Assembly (NCBI GenBank): GCA_035380125.1
Contig: DAOSWV010000013.1
Coordinates: forward strand, 1,140-65,139
From: Oscillospiraceae bacterium
GTDB lineage: Bacteria > Bacillota > Clostridia > Oscillospirales > JAKOTC01
Direction: 5' to 3'
Length of the DNA stretch: 64,000 bases
Shown here in pieces: positions 35,499 to 45,302 of the stretch (positions are counted from its first letter, which is position 1; each line of letters begins with the position of its first letter). Made by a program: the position numbers and the translations under genes. Under the pieces are notes generated by a model. It saw nothing but the letters and a program-made list of their open reading frames with translations. It was not told where the DNA came from and did not search any database.

Positions 35499-37232
35499 AT
35501 GAGACACATTAAACACGAGACCGATTTTTGCGTGGTGGGCGGCGGGATGGCCGGCATGTGCGCGGCGATTGCGGCGGCACGGCACGGCGCAAAAGTGATT
35601 TTAATGCAGGACAGGCCGGTGCTGGGCGGCAACGCCTCCTCCGAGATTCGCATGCACATTTGCGGCGCTGACCGCAGCGACGGCAAGGGCTTACGCGAGA
35701 GCGGCATTCTGGAAGAAATTGAACTGGCGAATATCTACCACAACGCCATGCGCAATTTCAGCATGTGGGATATGGTTTTATTTTCGATGGTCAAACGCGA
35801 AAAGAACATCATGCTGCTGCTGAACTGCTCGTGCAATGAAATTGAAATGTCGGGAAATACCATCGTCAGCGTCAAGGGCTGGCAGGGTACTTCCGAGATC
35901 TTTCACACGGTCAAGGCCAAACTCTTTGCCGATTGTTCGGGCGACAGCGTGCTGGCGCCGTTGTCGGGTGCGCAGTTCCGAATCGGCCGGGAGGCAAGAG
36001 ACGAGTTCGGCGAATCCATCGAACCCGAACAGGCCGATAAAAAGACCATGGGCATGAGCTGCTTGATTCAGGCGAAAAAGTATGACCGCAAGATGGAATA
36101 CCGCCCGCCGGAATGGGCAACGAAACTCGATTACGATTATGAAAAGTTGCTTTCGACAAGGGGTGCGAATATTGAAAACTGCACCAACTTCTGGTGGCTG
36201 GAACTCGGCGGCGAAAACGACAGCATTCACGACACCGACAAACTGCGTGACGAGTTGGTCGCGCTGGCGTTCGGGGTCTGGGATTATATCAAAAACAGCG
36301 GGAAATACAACGCCGACGACTGGGCCATCGAGTGGGTCGGCTTTTTGCCGGGCAAGCGCGAGAGCCGCCGTTATGAGGGCGATTACATGCTGACGCAGAA
36401 CGACATTCGGGACGTCAGGGCATTCGACGATATCGTCGGGTACGGCGGTTGGAGCATGGACGACCACAACCCCGGCGGGTTTCAGTTTGCGGGAAAGCCG
36501 ACGATTTTTCACCCCGCGCCGCAGCCCTACAACATTCCGTACCGATGTCTTTACAGCAAAAATATCGAAAACCTGTTTTTCGCCGGACGCAACATCAGCG
36601 CGACCCACGCGGCCATGTCCTCGACGCGGGTGATGGGTACCTGTGCGATATTGGGGCAGGCCGTCGGTGCCGCGGCCGCAATCGCAACGAAAAACGGCAC
36701 GACACCGCGCGGCGTACTGCAAAACCATCTGGCGGAACTGCAGAATACCTTGCTGGAGGACAACTGTTATCTGCCGTCGAAAGAGAAAAAAATCTCTCCG
36801 CTGACCGCAAAAGGTCGTTTTGTCTGCGATGGGACGAATTCGGAAGCGTTGACAAATGGCATCGAACGCAATCTCGGCGACGTCAATCATTTTCACGGCA
36901 GCCGGATTGACCTTGTCTGGGAAAAACCCGAGCGGGTCGGACAAATGCGCATCGTGTTTGACAGCGAACTTGAGCGGCTTGATAAAAATATGCCCTTTGA
37001 GTGGGGCATGGAGCCGTATCACCGCAGGATGCCGAACCGGCTTGTGCGGGATTTCGACATTTCGGTGAAAGTCAACGGGTTTTGGGTGTTAAAGCAACAG
37101 GTCAGAGACAATCACGAGCGGCTTGTTCGGATCACGCTCGATTTGGTGTGCGAATCCGTTCGGCTGGATATAATCAAAACTTGGGGCGGTGAAAACACCG
37201 CAAACATCTTTGCGTTTGAAGCGCAGGATTAA
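35499..37232 (+). CDS. FAD-dependent oxidoreductase (carbohydrate-associated family)
   Basis: N-terminal Rossmann motif VVGGGMAGMCAAIAAARHGAKVILMQDRPVLGGN. Confidence 0.7.
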   Translation: MRHIKHETDFCVVGGGMAGMCAAIAAARHGAKVILMQDRPVLGGNASSEIRMHICGADRSDGKGLRESGILEEIELANIYHNAMRNFSMWDMVLFSMVKREKNIMLLLNCSCNEIEMSGNTIVSVKGWQGTSEIFHTVKAKLFADCSGDSVLAPLSGAQFRIGREARDEFGESIEPEQADKKTMGMSCLIQAKKYDRKMEYRPPEWATKLDYDYEKLLSTRGANIENCTNFWWLELGGENDSIHDTDKLRDELVALAFGVWDYIKNSGKYNADDWAIEWVGFLPGKRESRRYEGDYMLTQNDIRDVRAFDDIVGYGGWSMDDHNPGGFQFAGKPTIFHPAPQPYNIPYRCLYSKNIENLFFAGRNISATHAAMSSTRVMGTCAILGQAVGAAAAIATKNGTTPRGVLQNHLAELQNTLLEDNCYLPSKEKKISPLTAKGRFVCDGTNSEALTNGIERNLGDVNHFHGSRIDLVWEKPERVGQMRIVFDSELERLDKNMPFEWGMEPYHRRMPNRLVRDFDISVKVNGFWVLKQQVRDNHERLVRITLDLVCESVRLDIIKTWGGENTANIFAFEAQD

Positions 37233-37300
37233 ATTATTCATAAGAAAACGAGATAAAAATGACGGTTTTCTGTCGGTTTCGACGGTTTTTTTGCGTTGTC

Positions 37301-37329
37301 TTGTCAGGAAAAAGAGAAAGTGGTATAAT
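37301..37329 (+). promoter_or_regulatory. sigma-A-like promoter
   Basis: TTGTCA (37301-37306), 17 nt, TATAAT (37324-37329). Confidence 0.55.
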
Positions 37330-37435
37330 ATATCTGTTGCGCTCCGGGCGTGGTTTTACGCCCGTCACAGGCGCTTCGTTTCATTTTTATCTAAATTTTC
37401 AGTGATATGTTTTATTGAAAAAGGAGGGCATGGAC

Positions 37436-37786
37436 ATGAAGCTGGTGGTGTTTGTACTCAATAAAACCGAGAAGCTCGAAGCGGTTCTTGAAGAACTTGC
37501 GCGGGAAAACATCTGCGGCGGAACCATCCTGAGAAGCGAGGGTATGGCACGGGTGCTCAAAGATTACGAGGGGAATGATATTCCGTTCATCGGTTCGATT
37601 CGGGCGATTATCAATCCCGAACGAAAAGAGAGCAGAACGCTTTTACTGGTGATTAAAGACGAGCAGCTTGAAGTGGTCACGAGGGCCATTGAGAAGGTTG
37701 TGGGTGATATCTGCGGAAAAGATACCGGTATCGTCTTCAGCGTGCCCGTAGATTTTACGAAGGGGTTGCCGCATCTTGAGTTTTGA
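37436..37786 (+). CDS. small cytoplasmic protein, possibly a P-II-like regulatory partner of the antiporter
   Basis: 116 aa starting MKLVVFVLNKTEKLEAVLEELAREN, a beta-alpha-beta start similar to P-II-like folds. The AAGGAGG RBS is 8 nt upstream. It overlaps the antiporter start by 11 nt. Confidence 0.5.
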   Translation: MKLVVFVLNKTEKLEAVLEELARENICGGTILRSEGMARVLKDYEGNDIPFIGSIRAIINPERKESRTLLLVIKDEQLEVVTRAIEKVVGDICGKDTGIVFSVPVDFTKGLPHLEF

Positions 37787-38996
37787 AATTCTTTTATACG
37801 TCGCGATCATCATGGTCGGCGGACTGCTGTTCGGTCGACTTGGGAAATTCATTAAACTCCCCAATGTAACCGGATATCTGGTCGCAGGTCTGATCATCGG
37901 GCTGTTGATTCACATTCTGCCCCAAAAAGAGCAATTACAGCAAGCCGTGGATCAGTTCTCGGTTGTCTCGGAAATGGCGCTTGGATTTATTGCCTTTTCA
38001 GTCGGTATCGAGTTCAAATTTAAATACTTTAAGCAGGTCGGTGCGGCACCGATCGTCATCGCCAACACCGAAGCCTTCGGCGCGGTGATTTTGGTTACGG
38101 CGACTTTATTGATTTTCGGCGTCGATCCGAAACTGTCGATTTTACTTGGTGCAATTGCTGCGGCAACCGCACCCGCACAGACGATTTTGGTCATCCAGCA
38201 ATATAAGTCGAAAGGCCTTTTGACGTCAATGCTGCTGAGCGTCGTTGCTCTCGATGATGCGGTCGCTTTGATCGCGTTCGGTTTTGCCGCCGCCATCGTC
38301 AAAGCGATGGAAGGTACCGGAGCGGTGACGGTCATGAACTTCGTCTCACCGTTCCTTGATATTGTGATTTCCTTTGCGATCGGTATCGCGGCAGGGGCGC
38401 TGATGTCACTGTTTTTCCGGTGGTTTCATAAGCCGAACAACCGCCTTTGTGTGATGATCGGATTTATCTTCTTGACGCTATGGGCTGCAGATGCCGCAGA
38501 CGCCTCTCCGTTGTTGGCTTGCATGGCGTTGGGTGTTGCAATCACCAATATTGTCTCCGATATCGATGGAGTTGCCAAAGTAATCGAGTCATTTACGCCG
38601 CCGATCTATATGATCTTCTTTGTGATCTCGGGCGCGGGATTCGATGTCGGCGCACTCGCAAAGATCGGCTTGATCGGCGCGATCTATATCGTGATGAGAG
38701 TCGCCGGGAAATGGCTCGGCGCATGGTTCGGCGGCAAGGTGACCAAATCTGATGAGACGATCAATAAATATCTCGGTCCGACGCTGATGCCGCAGGCCGG
38801 TGTTGCAATCGGCCTGATCATTGCGGCAAAATCGCTTCTGCCGGCGGAATACGCCAGCCAGCTGCAAACGATTATCCTCGGATCCACGTTTGTCTATTCG
38901 ATCATCGGGCCCAGCGTCGCTAAGAGCGCGTTGGTCAAGGCGGGAAATATTATATTACCCGATAAGAAGAAAGCCGAGACCCCGGCAAAAACGTAG
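37776..38996 (+). CDS. cation:proton antiporter (CPA2/Na+-H+ exchanger family)
   Basis: About 12 TM segments. N-terminus GGLLFGRLGKFIKLPNVTGYLVAGLIIG is typical of the Na_H_Exchanger family. Confidence 0.8.
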   Translation: MSFEILLYVAIIMVGGLLFGRLGKFIKLPNVTGYLVAGLIIGLLIHILPQKEQLQQAVDQFSVVSEMALGFIAFSVGIEFKFKYFKQVGAAPIVIANTEAFGAVILVTATLLIFGVDPKLSILLGAIAAATAPAQTILVIQQYKSKGLLTSMLLSVVALDDAVALIAFGFAAAIVKAMEGTGAVTVMNFVSPFLDIVISFAIGIAAGALMSLFFRWFHKPNNRLCVMIGFIFLTLWAADAADASPLLACMALGVAITNIVSDIDGVAKVIESFTPPIYMIFFVISGAGFDVGALAKIGLIGAIYIVMRVAGKWLGAWFGGKVTKSDETINKYLGPTLMPQAGVAIGLIIAAKSLLPAEYASQLQTIILGSTFVYSIIGPSVAKSALVKAGNIILPDKKKAETPAKT

Positions 38997-39005
38997 TTTA
39001 ATACA

Positions 39006-39044
39006 GAAAAAAGAACGGACTGCTGAGCAGTCCGTTCTTTTTTC
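39006..39044. terminator. bidirectional terminator
   Basis: AAAAAAGAACGGACTG-CTGAG-CAGTCCGTTCTTTTTT. Confidence 0.8.
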
Positions 39045-41022
39045 ATATCACGACGCAGGTAACATCTTCGGGATTTATGCGGATGTTTTTACCGGCTGCA
39101 TTAAATGTAGTTGTTTTACTGCTCTTATTCCAAAAAGCGAACATGCGTCTGTCGCTGTTTTGATACTCGGTGTACTGAACACCCTCGGGCACAACGAGCG
39201 CTGTCTCGCAGATATAGCGGCCGTGGTAGAAAAATTCGCGGTATTCGTCTTTCAGCGCGATCAGTTTCTTGATATAGGCGGCGTATTCGGGCAGATCCGC
39301 AATGGTACTGTTTCGTCCCCGGTAGATGGAGACGTCGAAGCGGAAACCGTGGATGAACGCATGGTTGAGCTCTTTTTTCCAGTCGACACGGCAGTCGTGC
39401 ACAAAACGATTGGTCATGATAACCTCAGGGAATGTGCGCAAAAACATCTGCGGAAACATTGTGTCCTGCCAGCGGTCGTTTTTATTGCGGCGATAAAAAT
39501 TGCCGAAGTCGCAGCCGTGCAGAAAGTCCGTCATGGCGCTGACGAGGTCGTTGGTGCATTCGGTGGCGAGCGCTTGTTCCGGATTGAGTAATTCGCGCAG
39601 GGCGAGAAAATTTTCGGAACGGTAGGTATAATCCATATCCACGCGCCTGCCGTGCCGGTGGTTTTCGTTGAAGCATAGGTGCGCGGCCCCGCCGAGCTGG
39701 TCGAAAAACAGCGCGTCCGGATTGAACGTCAGCTTGTATTTTCCGACGTTCACAAGCTGCTTCTGCCAGCCCCAGGTGGCTTGGCAGGCGCTTGAAAACG
39801 TTTTGTAGCCGTAATTGCTGAGCACCGTGCCGTCGTTGGAGAAACGGTAATGCTCCTCGTATTCGTTGCCGTCGATGTCAATACGGGCGATGTCGTGTCC
39901 CTGTTCGCGGTAAAAGTCGGTTTTTCGGTCGATCAGATTGCCGTTTGCGTATAAAATCACACGACCGCCGAGCCGGTGAATCTCTTCAACCGCCGCTTTC
40001 AGACCCTCTTCGCCGCCGAGATCATCATCGGCCTCGTAAATCGGGTAGTTGTTGTCGAAGCGGCCTTTCCACCAGCCGAAAACCAACAAAGTATCAAGTC
40101 CGGACTCTTTCCCTTCGCGGTAAATCCGCGGCAGGTCGGAATAGTTCCAGAATTTTTCGCCGAACTGGTGACGCATGATGATGCGCTGCCAGCCGGTCAT
40201 ATTCCGCACCCATTCGGGCGGCTGCGCGTGTTTGAAAAAGGTCTCTCCGGCAAATGCGCCGAAAATATCCGAACCGTTGCGCCAGTCGCCTTTCGTCAGC
40301 GAGACGACAACGGGTGCGCAGGTAAGCGTCTCGCCCTGTGCCGCAAAGGGATATTGGCAGACGGTGCTGACCAGACGGGGTTCGCTGCATTCACGGGGCT
40401 GTATCGCGGAGAGCATGGAAAACGACCGGCAGAGTTTATCATGGCGGCCGATGTATAAAAAGTTGCCTGCACTCTCAATGCCGAACCAGGACATTGAGGC
40501 CGGACGGGGATACAGCAAAATCGATTTGATCTCGTGATAATCCGCGCTCATATATTCGGTGTGGGTATTTTCAAGCGCTGCCCAGGGATTTTTAATCCGT
40601 TCGCCGAGTCCGTTCGGGCGCACAAGCACGTCATTTTCACGGACTTCATCGCAGACGGTGCCGAGGTCGATATAGGGATATTGGAACTCGTTGACACGGG
40701 CGGCGTCATGGTTGCTGATCTCGGATTCAAAAAACAGTGCGTCTTTATTTTGGACGATTCGAAGCGTCAGGGTTACTTCAAAACGCCGTCCGTCAGTGCC
40801 GATGACATGGTCGTAGGTAATCGTTGTGGTATTGCCGTTTACGGTCACACAGCCGGTTTGTTCGGAGGATTTGACGGTCATTTCCCGCCTGTATCCGTCG
40901 TCGAGCATCAGCCGCCAAAAGTCAGTATTCTGTCTGCCGCAAAGCGGGAGGTCTTTTGCGGACCAGATAAGGCGGTCTCCGTTTGGAGAAACGGTAAAAT
41001 TCAATTGGTTTTGAAACGCCAT
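39043..41022 (-). CDS. large cytoplasmic protein, putative glycoside-hydrolase-like TIM barrel (DUF6259-like)
   Basis: 659 aa with no signal peptide. The central part (LLVFGWWKGRFDNNYP, ILYANGNLID, FFDQLGG) resembles uncharacterised GH-like families. The assignment is from memory only. Confidence 0.4.
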   Translation of the reverse strand: MAFQNQLNFTVSPNGDRLIWSAKDLPLCGRQNTDFWRLMLDDGYRREMTVKSSEQTGCVTVNGNTTTITYDHVIGTDGRRFEVTLTLRIVQNKDALFFESEISNHDAARVNEFQYPYIDLGTVCDEVRENDVLVRPNGLGERIKNPWAALENTHTEYMSADYHEIKSILLYPRPASMSWFGIESAGNFLYIGRHDKLCRSFSMLSAIQPRECSEPRLVSTVCQYPFAAQGETLTCAPVVVSLTKGDWRNGSDIFGAFAGETFFKHAQPPEWVRNMTGWQRIIMRHQFGEKFWNYSDLPRIYREGKESGLDTLLVFGWWKGRFDNNYPIYEADDDLGGEEGLKAAVEEIHRLGGRVILYANGNLIDRKTDFYREQGHDIARIDIDGNEYEEHYRFSNDGTVLSNYGYKTFSSACQATWGWQKQLVNVGKYKLTFNPDALFFDQLGGAAHLCFNENHRHGRRVDMDYTYRSENFLALRELLNPEQALATECTNDLVSAMTDFLHGCDFGNFYRRNKNDRWQDTMFPQMFLRTFPEVIMTNRFVHDCRVDWKKELNHAFIHGFRFDVSIYRGRNSTIADLPEYAAYIKKLIALKDEYREFFYHGRYICETALVVPEGVQYTEYQNSDRRMFAFWNKSSKTTTFNAAGKNIRINPEDVTCVVI

Positions 41023-41110
41023 AATTTATCTCCTCTAAATTGGATTTTTTAATTATACCATAAAGGTTCAAGCTGTCAAACAAATCGGTTATGCTTTTTC
41101 GAGCAGCATA

Positions 41111-41139
41111 TAGACAAAAAATGAAAAATCACGTATAAT
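41111..41139 (+). promoter_or_regulatory. candidate promoter of the GT4/ATP-grasp operon
   Basis: TAGACA (41111-41116), 17 nt, TATAAT (41134-41139). Confidence 0.45.
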
Positions 41140-41219
41140 TTATAAATGCCAGCGATTTACTGTTTAACTATGCGACGACATTTGAATTTAAATCAATTAT
41201 AAAAAAGGGGGCGTCCGGG

Positions 41220-42386
41220 GTGGATTCGGCACAGAAAAAACCGAAGGTACTGATGACGGCTTCCGTTGCATCGATGATTGATTTATTCAATATGAGCAAC
41301 ATTGATGTTTTACAGTCAATGGGGTATGAAGTTCATGTGGCGGCTAATTTTCAAAGCGGCAATATCACCGATCAGAAACGGGTAGATGAATTCAAGGCGG
41401 AACTGGCCGCTCGCGGCATCAAAGTATACGATATTCCGGTGCCGAGAAACATTTTTGCTTTTAAAAAGATTGCAGAATCCGACCGGATGTTTCGAAAAAT
41501 TTATACGGAGAACCAATACCGGTTTGTCCACTGCCATTCCCCGATCGGCGGGGTTTTGGCGCGGCTTTGTGCACGGAAAGTTCGAAAAAAACAAGGCACA
41601 AAGATGGTATACACGGCGCATGGGTTCCATTTTTTCAATGGCGCACCGCTGCATTACTGGCTTTTTTACTTTCCCATCGAGTGGTATTGTTCTTTTTTCA
41701 CAGACGTTTTAATCACCATCAATCATGAGGATTTTCGCTTTGCCCAAAAGCATTTGCGTGCCAAAAAGACCACCTATGTGCAGGGCGTGGGCGTTGATTT
41801 ATTGCGGTTTTCCGAAGGTACGGCAGCGTTGCAGACCCTGCGAAAAGAACTCGGAATTCCTGAAGATGCTTTTGCGGTTATCACAGTGGGTGAATTATCT
41901 GCAAGAAAGAATCAACAGGTAATTTTAAAAGCAATCGCAGCGTCAAATCGGAATATTCATTACATATTGGTAGGCTTTGGGCAGGAAGAACATTATTTGC
42001 GCCGTTTGTCCGAAGAGTTTGGCATCACAGACCGGGTGCATTTTCTCGGATATCGAAGTGATGTTGCAGATCTGTATCACGCTGCCGATGTATTTTGTTT
42101 CCCGTCATTTCATGAGGGGTTATCGCTGTCGTTGATGGAGGCGATGGCTAGTGGGCTGTCGGTATTGTGTTCTGATATCCGAGGGAATCGGGATTTAATC
42201 GTCGATAAAAAAGGCGGTTTTCTCTATGCGCCGACGGACGTGTCGGCATTTGCCGAGGGATTGACGATCTTGGTGGATGATCCCTCATTGAGAGCGCGTT
42301 TCGGCGCATTTAACGCCGAACGGATTCGGGATTTTTCCTCCGAAGTCATCGGGGAAAAGATGCGGGGGATTTATCGGGAATTATGA
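41220..42386 (+). CDS. glycosyltransferase family 4
   Basis: GT-B C-terminal motif FCFPSFHEGLSLSLMEAMASGLSVLCSDIRGNRDLI. GTG start. Confidence 0.8.
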   Translation: MDSAQKKPKVLMTASVASMIDLFNMSNIDVLQSMGYEVHVAANFQSGNITDQKRVDEFKAELAARGIKVYDIPVPRNIFAFKKIAESDRMFRKIYTENQYRFVHCHSPIGGVLARLCARKVRKKQGTKMVYTAHGFHFFNGAPLHYWLFYFPIEWYCSFFTDVLITINHEDFRFAQKHLRAKKTTYVQGVGVDLLRFSEGTAALQTLRKELGIPEDAFAVITVGELSARKNQQVILKAIAASNRNIHYILVGFGQEEHYLRRLSEEFGITDRVHFLGYRSDVADLYHAADVFCFPSFHEGLSLSLMEAMASGLSVLCSDIRGNRDLIVDKKGGFLYAPTDVSAFAEGLTILVDDPSLRARFGAFNAERIRDFSSEVIGEKMRGIYREL

Positions 42387-43534
42387 AAAAGATCTTTTTT
42401 GTCCTCGGGGGAATGAGCCGGGGCGGCGCGGAACGGGTGATTTCAATTTTGGCGAACCGCTGTGCCCAAGACAATTGGGATGTCAGTGTTTTGATGCTGT
42501 TGACCAACCGCTGCGAATATCCGCTGAACCCCGCGATAAAATTGATTGATTTGACGGGCGGAGGCGGCTCCCGGATGAAAAAAGCGCCGTATTGGATCCG
42601 GGAACTCAGGGCTTTGATGCGTCTTGAAAAGCCGGACGTGGTGGTCTCGTTTGTCGCCCGTATTAACTTGCTCACGTTGTTTGCGGCAAGAGGATTGCAG
42701 CAGCGGGTAATTATCTCAGAGCGAAACGACCCTACTATGGACGGCAGAAGTGTTCTTGTCAAGTTTGCGACGAATCTGCTTTACTCAAAAGCCGACGGCA
42801 TTGTCTTTCAGACCGAGCGTGCAAAGAATTACTTTAAAAAGCGGATTGCGGAGAAAAGTGTGGTCATCGGCAACCCTGTTCAGGTAAGCATACAGGCAAA
42901 ATCGGAAAAACAGAATAAAATTGTCACGGCAGGGCGGTTGATGGCACAAAAAAACCATAAGATGCTCATCGACGCGTTTTCCCGGGTACATCAGGATTTT
43001 CCGGCGTGCAGGCTTTACATATACGGAGAAGGGGATTTACGCTGCAAGTTGGAAAAGCAGATCCGCGAACTCGGTTTGGAGGGATATGTCTTTTTACCCG
43101 GGAATATGGCGGATATCCACGAGCGTATTTCCGACGCAAAACTGTTTGTTTTATCTTCGGATTATGAGGGGCAATCCAATGCTTTATTGGAAGCGATGGC
43201 AATGGGTCTGCCGGTGATCTCGACCGACTGTGCCGGTTCGGACGAGGTGATCAGAGACGGCGAAAACGGTCTGCTTGTTCCGGTCGGAGACACGGATGCA
43301 ATGGCGGTAAGCATTGAAAAACTGCTCGGGAACGATGAATTATGCGCAATTATGGGTGCACAAGCGAAAAAAGACGTTAAAAAATTTGATGCGGGATATA
43401 TTCTCAGGCGGTGGTGTGATTTATTGATCGGAAGCGATAAAATCGAGACGGAGCGTGAGACGAATGAAACTCGAGACTCTCATCAAACAGACCGTGATGC
43501 GGCTGCTGCCGGCCAAATGGTGGGTAAAAATTGA
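42383..43534 (+). CDS. glycosyltransferase family 4
   Basis: GGAERV N-terminal motif. SSDYEGQSNALLEAMAMGLPVISTDCAGSDEVIRDGENGLLV. The non-conserved tail overlaps the next gene by 80 nt. Confidence 0.8.
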   Translation: MKKIFFVLGGMSRGGAERVISILANRCAQDNWDVSVLMLLTNRCEYPLNPAIKLIDLTGGGGSRMKKAPYWIRELRALMRLEKPDVVVSFVARINLLTLFAARGLQQRVIISERNDPTMDGRSVLVKFATNLLYSKADGIVFQTERAKNYFKKRIAEKSVVIGNPVQVSIQAKSEKQNKIVTAGRLMAQKNHKMLIDAFSRVHQDFPACRLYIYGEGDLRCKLEKQIRELGLEGYVFLPGNMADIHERISDAKLFVLSSDYEGQSNALLEAMAMGLPVISTDCAGSDEVIRDGENGLLVPVGDTDAMAVSIEKLLGNDELCAIMGAQAKKDVKKFDAGYILRRWCDLLIGSDKIETERETNETRDSHQTDRDAAAAGQMVGKN

Positions 43535-44354
43535 TTACCGATTCCATATGGGGCGAAAGTGCAACCTTAAGAACCCCCGGACATTCAACGAAAAACTCTG
43601 CTGGCTGAAGGTATATCACAAAGATAACGAGCGGACAAAGCTGGTGGACAAATATGCGGTGCGGCAATATATAGCCGATAAACTCGGACAAGCGTATGTA
43701 GTTCCGTTGTTGGGCGTTTGGAAACGGTTTGATGAGATTGATTTCAATACGCTTCCCGAACAATTTGTGCTGAAGCCGAACCACACTTCCGGTGATGTGT
43801 TTATCTGCGAGGACAAATCAAAGATTGATAAAGAAGTTCTGCGTGAAACGGTGAACAAGTGGATGCGGCGCAGGTATTATCATCAGGGTCGCGAAAGGGA
43901 ATATAAGAGAATCAAACCGCGCATTATTGCCGAAGAATATTTGACCGATCAAACCGGCCGTGGGGTGATGGATTATAAGTTTCTCTGTTTTAACGGAAAA
44001 CCCCGCTGTCTTTACACCTGTCAGGACCGCAGAGATGAGACCGGGTTGAAGATCAATTACTATGATATGCAATGGCAGCCTCTGCCTATTATGAAAAAGC
44101 ACAATATCATCGGCAAAACGATTGAGAAGCCTGCTTTTTTTGACGAGATGGTACACATCTGCGAACTTCTTTCAAACCCCTTTCCGTTCGTCCGGCTGGA
44201 TCTTTACGAGACCGGCGGAAAAATCTATTTCGGTGAGTTTACGTTCTGCCCCGACGCCGGAGTGAAGAAATTTGTCCCTGAGGAGTGGGATAAAACATTG
44301 GGGGATTGGTTGGAATTGCCGTATAAAACCGATGAATACGAGGGAACCGTATGA
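43455..44354 (+). CDS. TupA-like ATP-grasp amidoligase (1 of 3)
   Basis: Family pattern NLKNPRTFNEKLCWLKVY...DKYAVRQYI...LPEQFVLKPNHTSGD...DYKFLCFNGKP...RLDLYE..GKIYFGEFTF.P. Confidence 0.75.
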   Translation: MRRMKLETLIKQTVMRLLPAKWWVKIDYRFHMGRKCNLKNPRTFNEKLCWLKVYHKDNERTKLVDKYAVRQYIADKLGQAYVVPLLGVWKRFDEIDFNTLPEQFVLKPNHTSGDVFICEDKSKIDKEVLRETVNKWMRRRYYHQGREREYKRIKPRIIAEEYLTDQTGRGVMDYKFLCFNGKPRCLYTCQDRRDETGLKINYYDMQWQPLPIMKKHNIIGKTIEKPAFFDEMVHICELLSNPFPFVRLDLYETGGKIYFGEFTFCPDAGVKKFVPEEWDKTLGDWLELPYKTDEYEGTV

Positions 44355-45286
44355 GAGCGGAAAGTGTAAAATACTATTTAAAACATCCGCAGGCGTTTTT
44401 AATGCGGGTATCAGGAGCCGGATTGCTGAACTGGATACCTGATAAACCGTATCTTTTATGGTATTATCGTTTGATTATAAAAATGAGGCTCAATTTGAAG
44501 TCGCCGAAGACCTTTACTGAGAAAATTCAATGGCTCAAGCTTTATAACAGAACCCCGCTTCATACGCGGATTTCAGATAAATATGCCGTTCGGGAATACA
44601 TTGCAAATCGAGTCGGCATGGAATACACGGTGCCGCTGCTGGGCATCTGGAACACTTTTGAAGAGATTGATTTTGACGAACTTCCGGAGCAATTTGTATT
44701 GAAAACCACCCACGACTGCGGCGGGAACTACATCTGCAGGGATAAACGCTTATTGGATATCAGCGCCGCGAAAGATAAAATCGAGCGGCACTTGCGGCAC
44801 AATTATTACCCTTATTATCGGGAATGGGCATATAAAGATATCCGACCCCGCATTATTGCGGAGGAATATCTGGTCGATGAGAGCGGATATGAACTTAAAG
44901 ATTACAAATTTATGTGTTTTAACGGACATCCCAAGTATGTTAATGTCTGTAAAAACAGAGAGAGCCAAGCTCATCCGGCGGTTGACATGTTTGATATGCA
45001 GTGGAAACCCTTGGAGGATAAAATTAGATACAGGGATTATCAGCCCAGTGGCTGCGTTTTTGAACGACCGCAATCTTTTGAAAAAATGATTGAATTCTGC
45101 AAGATTCTCGCCAAGCCGTTTCCGTTCGTCCGGGTGGATTTTTACAATATTCAAGGCGAGATTTATATCGGTGAGCTTACCTTATATCCGGCTGCCGGGT
45201 ATGCGGTTTATGAGACAAACACGATGAATGAGACGGTGGGCAGTTGGTTGATACTGCCTGAAAGGAAAAAAGAACAAAAAGCGTGA
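44351..45286 (+). CDS. TupA-like ATP-grasp amidoligase (2 of 3)
   Basis: NLKSPKTFTEKIQWLKLY, LPEQFVLKTTHDCGG, DYKFMCFNGHP and VDFYNIQGEIYIGELTLYP. It overlaps the preceding gene by 4 nt. Confidence 0.75.
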   Translation: MRAESVKYYLKHPQAFLMRVSGAGLLNWIPDKPYLLWYYRLIIKMRLNLKSPKTFTEKIQWLKLYNRTPLHTRISDKYAVREYIANRVGMEYTVPLLGIWNTFEEIDFDELPEQFVLKTTHDCGGNYICRDKRLLDISAAKDKIERHLRHNYYPYYREWAYKDIRPRIIAEEYLVDESGYELKDYKFMCFNGHPKYVNVCKNRESQAHPAVDMFDMQWKPLEDKIRYRDYQPSGCVFERPQSFEKMIEFCKILAKPFPFVRVDFYNIQGEIYIGELTLYPAAGYAVYETNTMNETVGSWLILPERKKEQKA

Positions 45287-45302
45287 AAGGAATCGAAAAC
45301 GA

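Noticed and set aside
35778-37022. A 414-aa minus-strand ORF opposite the FAD oxidoreductase. Similar shadows occur at 25232-26071, 54444-55373, 57380-58081, 53573-54232, 45831-46463, 48731-49348, 15735-16340, 6463-7035 and 2278-2754.
   Set aside because: All overlap strongly supported genes on the opposite strand. They lack RBS and start context and have low-complexity, motif-free translations.
38821-39591. A 256-aa plus-strand ORF spanning the end of the antiporter gene, the bidirectional terminator and the 3' part of the 659-aa minus-strand gene.
   Set aside because: It crosses a strong terminator hairpin (39006-39044) and overlaps two better-supported genes, so it is spurious.
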